This document shows, piece by piece, positions 1 through 16,387 of a stretch of 64,000 nucleotides of DNA (its first letter is position 1; every line of letters begins with the position of its first letter). A program made the translations under genes and the position numbers. Source of the DNA: Felis catus (Eukaryota); contig NC_058386.1 in the NCBI RefSeq assembly GCF_018350175.1, positions 42,594,001 to 42,658,000 on the forward strand, given 5' to 3'. Under the pieces are notes generated by a model, which had not been told where the DNA came from, made no database searches, and worked only from the letters and a program-made list of their open reading frames with translations.

Positions 1-159
1 GGGAGATTTGCCCTCTGATTATGCCGGCTTTGTTCTGGTGGATATTTTGAATTTTTTTAAAAGTAATCTCTACACCTAATGTGGGGCTCAAACTCACAAC
101 TTTGAGATCAAGAGTTGCATGCTCTTCCAACTGAGCCAGCCACACGCCCCTACATGGAT

Positions 160-381
160 TTAAAAAAAATTTTTTTCCATTTATTTATTTTTGAGAAACA
201 GAGTGAGACAAAGTGTGAGTGGGGGAGGGGCAGACAGAGAGGGAGACACAGAATCTGAAGCAGGCTCCAGGCTCTGAGCTGTCAGCACAGAGCCTGAAGC
301 GGGGCTTGAACCCACAAACTGTGAGATCATGACCTGAGCTGAAGTCGGACGCTCAACGGACTGAGCCACCCAGGCGCCCCC
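160..381 (-). mobile_element. CanSINE (SINEC_Fc type); an older short SINE is adjacent at ~55-150
   Basis: Reverse complement of the GGGGCGCCTGGGTGGCTCAGT tRNA-like head, (CT)n tract and A-tail; TSD TACATGGAT. Confidence 0.9.
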
Positions 382-606
382 CTACATGGATATTTTGTAA
401 ATGCAGCTCGAACCTGTTAGGGAGACATCTGGAGGCATCAAATGAATTTCTAGTGGTATGAAGTTAAATTGGCCTGTAATAGGGTAGAATCCAGAATTCC
501 AAGTAAAATTACAAAACACATGGGCTGGTCTATTATTAACTCAGAAATAATTAACAAGAGATGGTCCCCAGAGGGGATAGATAGATCTTATTGCCATCAG
601 TTTTGA

Positions 607-790
607 GGGGTTACAGAGAGGGAGGGAGGCAAACCATAAGAGATTCTTAGATACTGAGAACAAACTGAGGGTTGATGGGGGGTGGGGGAGAGCGGAAAGT
701 GGGTGATGGGCATTGAGGAAGGCACCTGTTGGGATGAGCACTGTCAAACAAATTTATTTGACAATAAATTATATTTAATTAAAAAAAGAA
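607..790 (+). mobile_element. Carnivore/felid L1 3' end
   Basis: GAGAACAAACTGAGGGTTGATGGGG...GGGATGAGCACTG followed by AATAAA and an A-tail. Confidence 0.85.
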
Positions 791-939
791 GCGTGTTGAC
801 TTTTTACATTTTTAAAAACTTCTTTTAAAAATAAAATTTTTTGAGAGAGAGTGGAGGAGGGGTAGAGAGAGAGAAGGAGAGAAAGAGAATCCCAAACAGG
901 TTCCGCACTGTCAGTGCAGAGCCTGGCCCCGGGCTCTTG

Positions 940-2457
940 GTTGTTTTCTCAGACCATGGCTACTACTCTGAATGTGATTTCTCTCTCAGGCACACACACT
1001 CATCCACCTGACAAAAATTTCATAGCTATTGTGTTTTTTTTTTTTTGATGTTTATTTTTGAAAGAGAGAGACAGAATGCAAGCAGGAGAGGGGCAGAGAG
1101 GGAGGGAGACACAGAATCCAAAGCAGGCTCCAGGCTCTGAGCTGTCAGCACAGAGCCGGATGCGGGGCTCGAACTCACAAACTGCGAGATCATGACCTGA
1201 GCTGAAGTCCGACGCCCAACAGACTGAGCATACCAGGCGCTCCATTCATAGCTATTGTTTTAAATGTCTCCAAAGTGGGGCACCCAGGTGGCTCAGTCGG
1301 TTGAGGATCCAACTTTGGCCTGGGTCATGTTCTCACAGTCTGTGAGTTCAAGTCCCGTGTTGGGCTCTGGGCTGACAGCCCAGAGCCTGGAGCCTGCTTC
1401 AGATTCTGAGTCTCCCTCTCTCTCTCTGCCCCTCCCCTGCTGATGCTGTCTCTGTCTGTCTCTTAAAAATAAGTAAACATTAAAGAAATTTAAATACCTC
1501 TGAAGGTAGATTTCTTTCTTATAGGTCCCTTCTTGTACTAACATTTCCCTCAAAAAACTAATCTCAACCCCTGGTCCTGTAAAAATTGGACACTGACTTC
1601 ACAGAATGCTTCTGCTGAGGTCATTATAACCCTATCAGCAAGACCTAGACCATCAGGAATGGGAACTAGCCTTGGGACATTTTGTTCTTTTCAGAGACTC
1701 CAGCCTGTTGGGCTGCTATGTTTAACTCCACTCAAGCAATCTTTTCCTCTTGGGGCGCCTGCATGGCTCAGTTGGTTAAGCATCTTGACTTGATTTTGGC
1801 TCGGGTCATGATCTCAAATTCTAGTGAGACTAAAAGTAAAAGCCTCTGGGGCGCCTGGGCGGCTCAGTCGGTTAAGTATCTGACTTGGGCTCAGGTCATG
1901 ATCTCACAGTTCGTGAGTTCGAGCCCTGCATTGGGTGAGCTTGAGCCCCACATCAGTTGAGCCCCGTTTCTCTCTCCCTCTTTCTTTCTCTGCCCCTCGT
2001 GGGATTCTCTCTCGCTCTCTTCCGCTCCCTCTGTCTCTGCCCCTGGCTCACTTGCGCCCTCTCTCTCTCAAAAGAAAAGAAAAAGCCGCCTGGCTCCTTA
2101 GAGACCAGCTGGACTTTGGGACATGTTTCCATGGCTTGAGTTTGGTCATCTAGGCCCCTGTCTCCCAAGGTTTATTGTGAAAACTAATCATTATCTTGTT
2201 TCTGGTAACTGCTTGTGCATTTGGCGTATGTATCCTGTCCAGAGTATTAAATGGCAACTGTGCAGCCCTTGTCACCTCAGGGGATCCGACACAAACACAT
2301 CTAACACAAATCCAAATCCTGTAATGTCTTTCCTAACAACCTTAACTGAGATGCTCATGGTTCCCCATGGTGTGTGTATTCTCCCTTGTTGCAATGAGCT
2401 AATACACCCAGCTTTGTTTAATCATTGGTGTGCTCCTGGTGGTCTTTGGCTGAAGTC
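940..2457 (+). mobile_element. ERV1-type solo LTR remnant (MER34/MER39-like), interrupted by SINEs at ~1035-1243(-), 1277-1495(+), 1752-1816(+), 1848-2080(+)
   Basis: The 3' end GGTGTGCTCCTGGTGGTCTTTGGCTG resembles recalled MER34/39-family U5; SINE heads and tails are visible. Confidence 0.5.
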
Positions 2458-2459
2458 TA

Positions 2460-2830
2460 AGAACGTTATTTACTTAAAAAATCCAAGAGAATCATCTAAA
2501 AAAACTTCTAGACCTAATAAGAAAAGTAAGGTGACCAGAAATAAGATCAAATGTGAAACTGAATAGCCTTCCCTTATAGACATTAAAACATTTTTCAATG
2601 TAATAGAAAAGGACATTGTTACTCATGATAAGAAAATCCATCAACTTTCTGGGAATGCCTTGAGCGAGAAAAGTAAGAACTCTACACATTTTTACAGAAG
2701 AAAAAAAAATGGTCTGAAAGAATGGAAAGAGATATCGTGTTCCAGGCATGAAGAATCAACACTGGAGAAATGGATCCCCGAATTAATCTATATATTCAAT
2801 TTAACACCAGTAGAATCCCTTTTCATCTCC
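2460..2830 (+). mobile_element. Old L1 ORF2 fragment
   Basis: A-rich; AATGGAAAGAGATATCGTGTTC and AATTAATCTATATATTCAAT resemble L1 ORF2 motifs. Confidence 0.55.
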
Positions 2831-2954
2831 TAAATCATGCAATATTTTCAAATGGACAATAATCTGCAGAAGATATTGATACAATGGATGCCTGGGAACT
2901 CTCATCATTTTCTCATTTGCCTCAATTTTTTTTCTTTAAGAAACAAAATATTTT

Positions 2955-3892
2955 GGGGCACCTGGCTTAGTTGATTAAGCGTCCAACTCCTGATTTCGGG
3001 TCAGGTCATGATCTCACGGTTTATGAGATCTGCACTGACAGCAAGGAGCCTGCTTGGGATTCTCTCTCTCTCTGCCCCTCCCCTGTTTGCTCTCTCTCTC
3101 AAAATAAATAAGTAAACTTAAAAAGAAACAAACAAAATATTTCCACTCCAGCTGAAACCTGTCCCTCCACCCAATTCTATCCTCCCCTCATCCTCTGAGG
3201 TAAGTGCAATTCTGAGTTTATTACAGATCATTTCCTTGCATCTTTTTATTCTTTTATTATATAATTAGGGATCCATGAACTGCATGTATTGTTTGCATGT
3301 GTTTAAAACAAATATCACACTCTACATAGCAGTCTTTGACTTTCCTTCTTCTGTCTCATACTGTAAGCTTGAGAATGATCCATGTTGATACACATGTCTC
3401 TAGTTCGAATTTAACTCTTTAGTGAGATATACATACATAAAAGTCAATGTTAGAAGAGTCCAATCTGATGAATATTTTTTTTTATTTTTGAGAGAGAGAG
3501 AGCACGCATGCAAGAGAGAGCAGGGTAGGGGCTCCTGGGTGGCTCAGTCAGTTGAGTGTCCGACTTTGGCTCAGGTCATGATCTCATGGTTTGTGGGTTC
3601 AAGCCCTGCGTTGGGCTCTGTGCTGACAGCTCAGAGCCTGGAACCTGCTTTGCATTTTGTGTCTCCCTCTCTCTCTCTCTGTTCCTCCTCTGCTCACACT
3701 CTCTCACTCAAAAATAAATAAACATTAAAAAATTGAAAAAAAAAGAGAGAGAGGAAGAGAGAGAATCCCAAGCAGTCTCTTCAGTCAGCGCAGAGCCCGA
3801 CTCAGGGCTTGAGCACACAAAACCGTGAGATCATGACATGAGCCAAGATCACGAGTCAGAGGCTTAACTGACTGAGCCACCCAGGTGCCCCA
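2955..3892. mobile_element. CanSINE cluster: 2955-3125(+); 3475-3892(-) with a nested 3527-3745(+)
   Basis: tRNA-like heads, CT tracts, A-tails; TSD AAACAAAATATTT around the first copy. Confidence 0.85.
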
Positions 3893-4269
3893 TGAATGTT
3901 CTTAAACTGAATGCACATGATCATCTAAGATGACTGTGTGAATGCCCAAGATTGCCGCCAACTTCATCTCCACGGAGTCACTGAGATTACTGAGATTATT
4001 ACTTTAACAAAGGGAGTTCAGAAATTGTTACGATGGCCTGTGAAAACCTTCAAATGACACCTGTCATGACTGATAATTACGTGTTGGAAATTAGGGTGCA
4101 AAACACATGTCGGAAACTCTAAGTGCTATAAATAAGGATATAAATAAATGCCAGCTTTGCCACTTTCAAGTCAGTGTGACCATGGGTGAGTTGCTTTACC
4201 TCTTCGTCCGTTCGGTTTCTCCCTATGTATAATGAGGGTAACAAAAGGAAGGTTTCTCTGTCCCCTCAG

Positions 4270-7075
4270 AAGGGATTGTTGGCCCATCCTTCCTCTTCCA
4301 CATGTTCGCAGGTAATTTGATGACACTGCAGATTCTCTAGAGGTGGCTCCCATTGTCCGCTGCAGAGGTTGGCCCCAAATGGGCTCCTTGACACCATCTG
4401 AGCTTTGCTCTCTAAAGGTGTATCCGCAGGGGAAGCTGCCCTCCCACCCACTTCGATGACGTGGGGTGCTGGGGGCTGGGGCTGGTAGAGCTGCCCTGCC
4501 CAGTCAGGCCCTGTTCTCTGATTGCCACTAAGAAAACAAAGCAGGGGCACCTGGATGGCACAGTCGATTAAGTGTCTGACTTTGGCTCAGGTCATGATCT
4601 CGAGGTTCATGAGTTCAAGCCCCGCGATCGGGCTCTATGCTGGTGGTACAGAGCCTGCTTCGGAGTCTCTCTCTCCCCCTCTGCCCCTTCCTCACTTGTA
4701 CTCTCTCTCTCTCTCAAAATAAATAAGTAAACATAAAAAAAAAGAAAACAAAGGAAATAAGAACACTCAGACCAGCACACCCAGACGCAGGATAAGGTGT
4801 ATGTGTCCAACTCTCGTCTCTCTTGCTTTCTCTCTTTCTCTGCTTTTTCTCTCACTGCTTTGTTTTGTTCTCTCTCTGCCCATTTTCAACCCCTGCCCCC
4901 TGCACTGACTCTCCTAATCTTTATGTCTATCTCCCCACTTATACTCTTTTCCCATCGTTTTCACTTGTCATACTGTTTTTTCTTTCTTGATATCTCTCTC
5001 TGTATCTCTGTCTCTCTTTTGATGTCTCTGTAAATTCTGCCTTCTCTTTGTCTCACTACCTTTCTGTGTCTGTCCTTTTCTATTTTCTTTGGGTCTAATT
5101 TCCCCATGTCTGTCTCCCCATCCTCTCAGGGTCTCTGCCTTAGACAGTGATTCTTTACGCCACTGTCATGTCTGGACCCCCTCGTACTTCCCTGATTCTG
5201 TCCATCTTTCTAACCCTTCTTGTCCACCAAATATTTCCCCCCACCGCCTGCCCCATGCACATCAGTGGGTGGCAAAACCAGGGGCCACAGGGAGTGTGGG
5301 AGCCACCAGCCAGGGATGGTGGCAGAGAAATGGGGGAGGAGGGCTGAGAGGCAGCTGAAAGCATATGGAGGGTGACTTGGGGCTAAGGGGGTGGGCGTGG
5401 GGGGATCAGGATAAGAAGATAGGAAGGAAGAACTTGAGGCATGAAATCCTCGTTGGAAGCAGATGGGATTAGAGATGAGAGTGAGAGACAGCCAGAGGGA
5501 GGAAGGGGTACCTTTCTGCTTCTCTGAGGCCCCTCAGCCAGAGGGTTATGGGAGGGGGACCTGATAGCCCTTCAGCGCAGCTCACAACTACAACGGCTGC
5601 CTCACCTTTCCTGCGGTTCCCTCCATCTAGTGCTGACGGTCTTCCCACATCCCTACCTGCATTTCTGACCCTCACATAGCATCTTACAGTTTGTCTCTGC
5701 CTTTTCTCCTCTCTTTTCCCATATCTTCTGTATGTCCCTCTCTGCCTCCCATCTTTTTCTACCTCTCCATTGGTGTCTCTGTCTCCCTACGTGTATGTCT
5801 CTAGGCTTCTATTTCTCTCTGTTCATCTCTCCATCTGTTTGTCTGCCTCTCACCTTCTCCACCTATTGCCTTTTCTTGGTCTCTGTAGTCCCTCCCGATG
5901 GAAACCGCCCAGGATCTGAACCCGTATTCCCTTCTCTGGGAAAGAGAAGCTGTCTGTGGGCCCAGACCCGACCTGGCCGTTGCCCCGTGGCCAGTTCCAG
6001 CTCCGGAGACCTGGGTGACTCTGGGGGCCCCGGGACCAGCTAGGAGTCCAGGGGCTCCGTGGACGCCAGGCCCCCATAAAGGCCTGATACCGCCCAGAGC
6101 CACTCTCACCCAAAGCCCTGAGCCTCGGTTGCTAAGCCCAGTCCTCTGCTACGAAAGACAGCACTGGCCTGGCCCCCGCAGCCAGCGGCCCGAGGAGCCA
6201 GAGCAGAAAGGCCTGAAGGTCGCCACAAACTGTGCTGAGGTCCCACAAATCTGGCTGCCTTCCAGGTCCAGAGACAGTGAACAGAGTCCCGGGGTTGGGA
6301 GAGGAGGGCAGAGCGCCTGGGAGTTTGGAAGAACCTGAAGGGGAGGGATCTTAAGGAGGAGGGGTGGGGCCTCAAGGTGAGAAGAGGTTCGGTCTAGAGG
6401 CTGAAGAACCTGCAGGTGTAAGGTGCCTATAGCAGCGGAACCCACTTGGAGGGAACCAAGGAGATACAGTAGGGACGGGGCCTCAGAGGAGCCAGAGCTG
6501 ATACATAAGGCAGGTAGGTCCTGCACGAGCCTTAGAGGACAGGGATGAAAGATAAGGAGCCAGGGCCTGGAGGGACAGGTCTGTGGATACCACGGCCACA
6601 TGAGTGGGGTGGACAGGAAAGGCTGGGAGGTGTTAGTGGGGCAGTATTTGATAGGGGCTGGATGGGGTCTGGTAATACGAGGCAGGGGGGTGGCACCTGG
6701 TGGTGAAGGAAGAAGGGTCTCGCGTGGAAGTGGCAAGACCAAAGAGGCCCAGAAAGGACCACAGCCTGGGATACCCTGGGCCTGATTGGCACCTGGGCCG
6801 TAAAGGTTGTGTGTGCCACTGCTGCTGATATGCCTGCTTGTGGAGCTTTGAGTTTGAGGCCAGGGCCCTGCGAGGGCTGTGTGCATAGTGCTGGTGGTCC
6901 ACCCTCACCTTGCTTCCCGGGAGGTCTTCAGCCTGGTGGCTGCAAAATGTCTGCCACTGAGGCACTCAAGCAGGCAGTGTTGCAGTTCTGCTACCATTGA
7001 GGCCTTGAAGCCACTGGGAGGTCAGGGACTCTGTACTTTCGCCCCAAGGAAGCAATTTTGGATAAGAACATAACC
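4270..7075 (+). pseudogene. Decayed A20/TNFAIP3-like multi-zinc-finger gene (candidate unitary pseudogene of an A20 paralogue)
   Basis: A20-ZnF-like remnants in order at 4361-4423, 5169-5229, 5511-5609 (PFCFSEA...PFSAAHNYNGC), 5939-5989 (GKRSCLWAQTRPGRC), 6238-6276 (RSHKSGCLPGPET), 6823-6894 and 6975-7040, broken by stops and frameshifts. Acceptor-like sites at 4269, 5129 and 5888. Matched by eye to recalled human A20. Confidence 0.62.
4544..4750 (+). mobile_element. CanSINE
   Basis: Head, CT tract and A-tail; TSD AAGAAAACAAAG. Confidence 0.9.
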
Positions 7076-7293
7076 TCTTTTTAATGGCTTGCACAGAAAA
7101 GACCGTTCTTAGGTCTCCCATGAGGCCATTGGTACCCCAGTGGTGACGATATTTGTCTCGTATGTAGGGGTCTGCATGGAAGAAACAGTGTTTGGGGCTA
7201 AAGTCCATCCAGAAAAATCTCTTTCCCATAACCACCCCCCACCCCAATATGAAAACTTTCTGGTTATTTTATGGTTGCCCTTAAAAAAATTAC

Positions 7294-7500
7294 AGGGGCA
7301 CTGGGTGGCTCAGTCGGATAAGTTTCCGACTTTGGCCCAGGACATGATCTCACAGTTTGTGAGCTGGAGCCCCACATCAGGCTCTGTGCTGACAGCTCAG
7401 AGCCTGGAGCCTGCTTCAGATTCTGTGTCTCCTCTTCTCTCTGTTCCTCCCCCACTCACGCTCTGTCTCTCTCTCTCAAAAATAAACATTAAAAAAATTA
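7294..7500 (+). mobile_element. CanSINE
   Basis: Head, CT tract and A-tail; TSD AAAAAAATTACA. Confidence 0.9.
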
Positions 7501-10098
7501 CAACATAGACCATCATGGAGCACAAGTATCTCTGTGATACAGAAGAGACTGACACAGGGCATCTTCCTCAAGAAAGCTGGGTCTCTCGGACACCTACTTC
7601 CATCCCAGGTTCACAGGCCACACAGAGGGAGACTACCTTCATAAATGGGTTGATTGGTATCCAGAAAGCCAGTATTGTGAGGCCAGATTTTCCAGCCTTG
7701 GCAATGGGGGCATGGGAAGGAGGGGCCAGGGTATTGGTGTGCATGTGAGGGTAAGGGGTACAAGATGCAGTACTATACCCCACCCCCCAGCAATCCTTCT
7801 GTTCACTCACTTCTTTCCCAAGCCTATTGCCCTGTTTGCTTATGATTCATCACCAGGCCCCCACATACCCTTATTCATGTACCTATTCATATCTTGATTC
7901 ATTCCCCCTCCTGCTCATTCATCCCACAAATATTTAGTAGAGCGCCACTCTCTGTGGGATTCCAAATCCTACAGCTTCTGAGTCCCTGAAGAGGGCTCTG
8001 TCCCTTGTCCTTAAGGAGGGGCTCCCATGGGTGACCCAAGGAATACATACACAGGCATTTCAAAACTGGCTTTAAATACTCATCAGGGCGCCACGAAAAG
8101 GGGATGGGGTGAGAACTTGTTACATGTGAGTATGGGGTTGGGGTGCCCTGAGAGAGAANNNNNNNNNNNNNNNNNNNNNNNNNNNNNNNNNNNNNNNNNN
8201 NNNNNNNNNNNNNNNNNNNNNNNNNNNNNNNNNNNNNNNNNNNNNNNNNNNNNNNNNNNNNNNNNNNNNNNNNNNNNNNNNNNNNNNNNNAGGGAACGGA
8301 GGAGGGGCTCCCATGGTGGTGATGAGAGGCAGTCACTTCTTCAGTGGTACTGCTGATAGCTGGGATAGCCTGGGGCTGGGGTACCCTCCTTAGGGGGCAG
8401 CTGGCTGGGGTCCTCCAGGAACGGGGGTGCTGGAGAGGATAGAATCAGGTAAGAGTGAGAAGCAGTGCACAGGCAGAGCAGAGCATTCTGCCCCTCTCCC
8501 TGATCAGCATGCGCCAGGTACTCACCATTGCGGAACTGCTGGGCAGTGTAGCGAGTGAGGAGGATGCCAACACCCTCTATGAGGGCCAGCAGGATGCCCC
8601 CCATCATTGCTGAGCCCACCATGGCCAATGGGCCACCTGGGAGAGTGAAGAGGCAGGGAGAAAAAGGTGAGGGCAGGCGGAACAGGGCGGAAGGGGCTGG
8701 GGCCGGGGGCCGGGGCACTCACTGCGGGCAGCCAGCACAGCCCCAGTCAGTGCTCCACTGGTGATGGAGTTCCAGGGATCTTCCTTGCCCCGCAGCCGCA
8801 CCAGGCCACAGTCGATGGTGGAGAACAGGCCCCCCCACACGGCAAAGCTACCTGCAGGGAGACCAAGGCCTGATTAATGTTCCTGAGGAATCCCAAGAAT
8901 CCACAGCACAGGGTCTGGGGACCTCCAAGGCCTGAATGCTCTGGCAATGAAAGGGGAGAAACCCCAAACACAAAGGCAGATGAGTAAACTCCTACAGGAT
9001 ATTCCCCCTCTGCCATCATGACTGCTCCTTCTTCAAGTGACCCCTAATCGTCAGCAACATTCCCTTTACATTTGTAGGGGTCTAAAGTGTTTGGAAGCAA
9101 ATTTTTCTTCTCTATGACTTTTAAGAGAATCACTTTGATCTTCCTAACCATCACACAGAGTTGGGAATTCTGATCTTGGTTTAAGGGAGAAGAAAACAGG
9201 TTAGGAAAGCCAGTTAATATGATAGTTAAAGGCCTTACTATGTGCCAGGACCTGTTCTAGGCACAGCACGTTATTTGACTTCTGAAGTCTTAAATTCGTT
9301 CATATTATTCAAGTGCTTAGCAGAGCAACCGGCACTCAGCAAGTACTACGTAAACTACAGAAATTATGAAACAACTTAGGTGGTTATTGCTATCATCATC
9401 CCCATGTTACAGATGAGGTTTGGAGAGGTTAAGCCATGAGCCCAAAGTCATACATCAGGGAAAATCCAGGGACTGGATTTAAACTCCAGAATTCACATTC
9501 TCACCCCCTCCAAAACATCACTGACCCAGAAATCCCCAGGTAGAGTTGGGGCTGGAATCTGTACTCCAAATTTGCAGTCTAGACCCAAAGGAGCAACCAC
9601 CCCCAACTTGGCATCACATCTCTTATGTCTCTCCAAGCCTCTCACCTCCAATCTGGGGGGCTCGGATCCTCACAGCGTTGACACTACCTCTCAATCGGTG
9701 CCGTATTCCCTGGGAAAAGTGAGGAGTTGGGGAGTCAGAATAGGGATGAGGTCCCTGGCACACAGGGTTTCTAGCTTTTAAGAGAGGGAGAGTGATGGAT
9801 TAGGGGTATCAGGAGTAGAGATGTGGAGAAGTGGCCAAGAACTAGGAGGCTGGGGAGCACTCTAATATGGGTGTCCTCAGACCAGCGCTGGGAAGTTCTC
9901 ATTTGTTCAATGATTACTAGCACCTGTGTGCCAGGCACCATGCTGTATGCAGGGATAGTGAATGAGACAGACCTTAGCCCCTGCCCCCTCAGAACTCACG
10001 TTATAGTGGGAGACAGATCCCTAGCAGAGGTACAGATAAACAAGATGCTTTAGACAGCAATACATACTCTAGAGGAAAGAGGATCAAGAAATATGATA

Positions 10099-10316
10099 GG
10101 GGTGCCTGGGTGGCTCAGTTGGTTGAGCACCCGACTTCAGTTCAGGTCATGATTTCATGGTTTGTGCGTTCGAGCCCCGCGTCAGGCTCTGTGCTGACAG
10201 CTCAGAGCCTGGAGCCTGCTTCGGACTCTGACTCCCTCTTTCTCTGCCCCTCCCCAGCTTGCACTCTGTCTCTCTCTCTCAAAAATAAATAAAACATTAA
10301 AATTTTTTTTAAAAAA
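10099..10316 (+). mobile_element. CanSINE in a TIMM17B intron
   Basis: Canonical head, CT tract and A-tail. Confidence 0.9.
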
Positions 10317-10680
10317 GGAGATACGATGACAACTGAGGGGTTAGGAAAGGACTCCAAAGGAGGGGGCATTTGTGCTGAGGTTTTGAGGATGAGAACAGGA
10401 AACTTGGGCAAGGATCCAGGAAAGAGTCTCAGGAGTTGAGGGGAGGGATAGGACTAGATATGTAAATTGCAGGGACCTAGGCAAATGGATGGCCTTTAAA
10501 GCCATGAAATTTGAGATCTTGGGAGAGGGTGGTCAGAGAACAAGAGAGAACTGATTAGGTTAAATTAAAAGCATTTTCAGGGTGCCTGGCTGGCTTGGTC
10601 AGTAGAGCACGCAGTGCTCGATCTGAGGGTGGGTCATGAGTTCGAGCCCTATGCTGGGCATTAAGCCTACTTAAAATAAT

Positions 10681-10716
10681 TGAATGAATGAATGAATGAA
10701 TGAATGAATGAATGAA
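10681..10716 (+). repeat. (TGAA)9 microsatellite forming the tail of a short SINE (10580-10716)
   Basis: Directly visible; flanked by TSD TAAAAGCATTTTC. Confidence 0.9.
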
Positions 10717-11479
10717 TAAAAGCATTTTCTTAACTTTAAGGCTGTCCTTCTCCTGCCAGTTAAACTCCTGTCACTTCCCCGTACAGGTTTCTGACCCAGA
10801 ATCAGCCTCTGGGTAAAATCTTTCTGGCTTTGCACAGTTAGGATTTGGTAATGATCGTTTTGACAGTGCAGCATTTCTACAGAGGAGCTCCAGTTGGGTT
10901 GGGGGGAGAAGGGGTGGTGTTGAGGGATATGGGGCCCTGTCTGCAGTTCTCCCCAGATCACATATCCTGGAGCCAGGCAGGGCACACAGTAGGTGAGCAG
11001 GCACCATAACGAGTAAGTGCATACGACTGGCAGCTCCAAGCAGTTTTCAGAGCAATATCGCGTGTGGGCAGGGAAGGACCCCCTGCACCACCCACGGAAG
11101 GCCACAACTCACGACAGGGGCGTTGCGGAAGCCCTTGATGGCCTGGAAAACTCCGCCGCCGATGACGCCCATAGTGAAGGCTCCACCGCAATCGTCCACA
11201 ATTCGCCATGGGCTGCAAGCCAGAAGGGGAAGATGGGGTTAAGTGAGCCCCTCGACCCCCACCAGGTCACATGGACTCTTTCCAACTGGGAGAAACCAAG
11301 TCACCCGAATGAGAAGCAGCACTTCAGATAATGAGATTATTTTCCCCCCTCATTTATGCAAGAAATGGTGCAAAAGGGGAAAAGTATTAGTCTTTGCCCT
11401 GTCCGCACCTCCCCCTATAGCCAACTAAGGAATCTGCCAACTGCTTTACTACCATCAAAAGATTAAGTGAACTCATACA

Positions 11480-16246
<4,767 letters not shown>

Positions 16247-16280
16247 GCCTCCCCGCCACCCTACCACCCCGGGGATTTTT

Positions 16281-16286
16281 AATAAA
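16281..16286 (+). terminator. PQBP1: PQBP1 polyadenylation signal AATAAA
   Basis: AATAAA 35 nt after the stop codon. Confidence 0.8.
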
Positions 16287-16381
16287 GGCTTTTCAATGGA
16301 TTGTGACCATGAGACCTGAGTGCTTCCTTCCCATGCACTTTTGAGGCTTCCCAACCCAAACTGGCAAGATGCAAAACACAT

Positions 16382-16387
16382 TTTATT
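16382..16387 (-). terminator. SLC35A2: SLC35A2 polyadenylation signal (TTTATT on +)
   Basis: First minus-strand AATAAA downstream of the terminal-exon stop at 16640. Confidence 0.75.

Noticed and set aside
181-369. Recurring MAQSV/..[27 protein letters not shown] ORFs throughout the window
   Set aside because: Translations of CanSINE copies, not genes.
6149-6886. 245-aa minus-strand ORF
   Set aside because: No recognisable homology; better explained as the antisense of decayed GC-rich + strand coding sequence (the A20-like relic).
6870-7073. Weak MAGE-like resemblance (VCIVLV...APRKQ)
   Set aside because: Only a few scattered residues match; the ordered A20-finger interpretation explains far more of the region.
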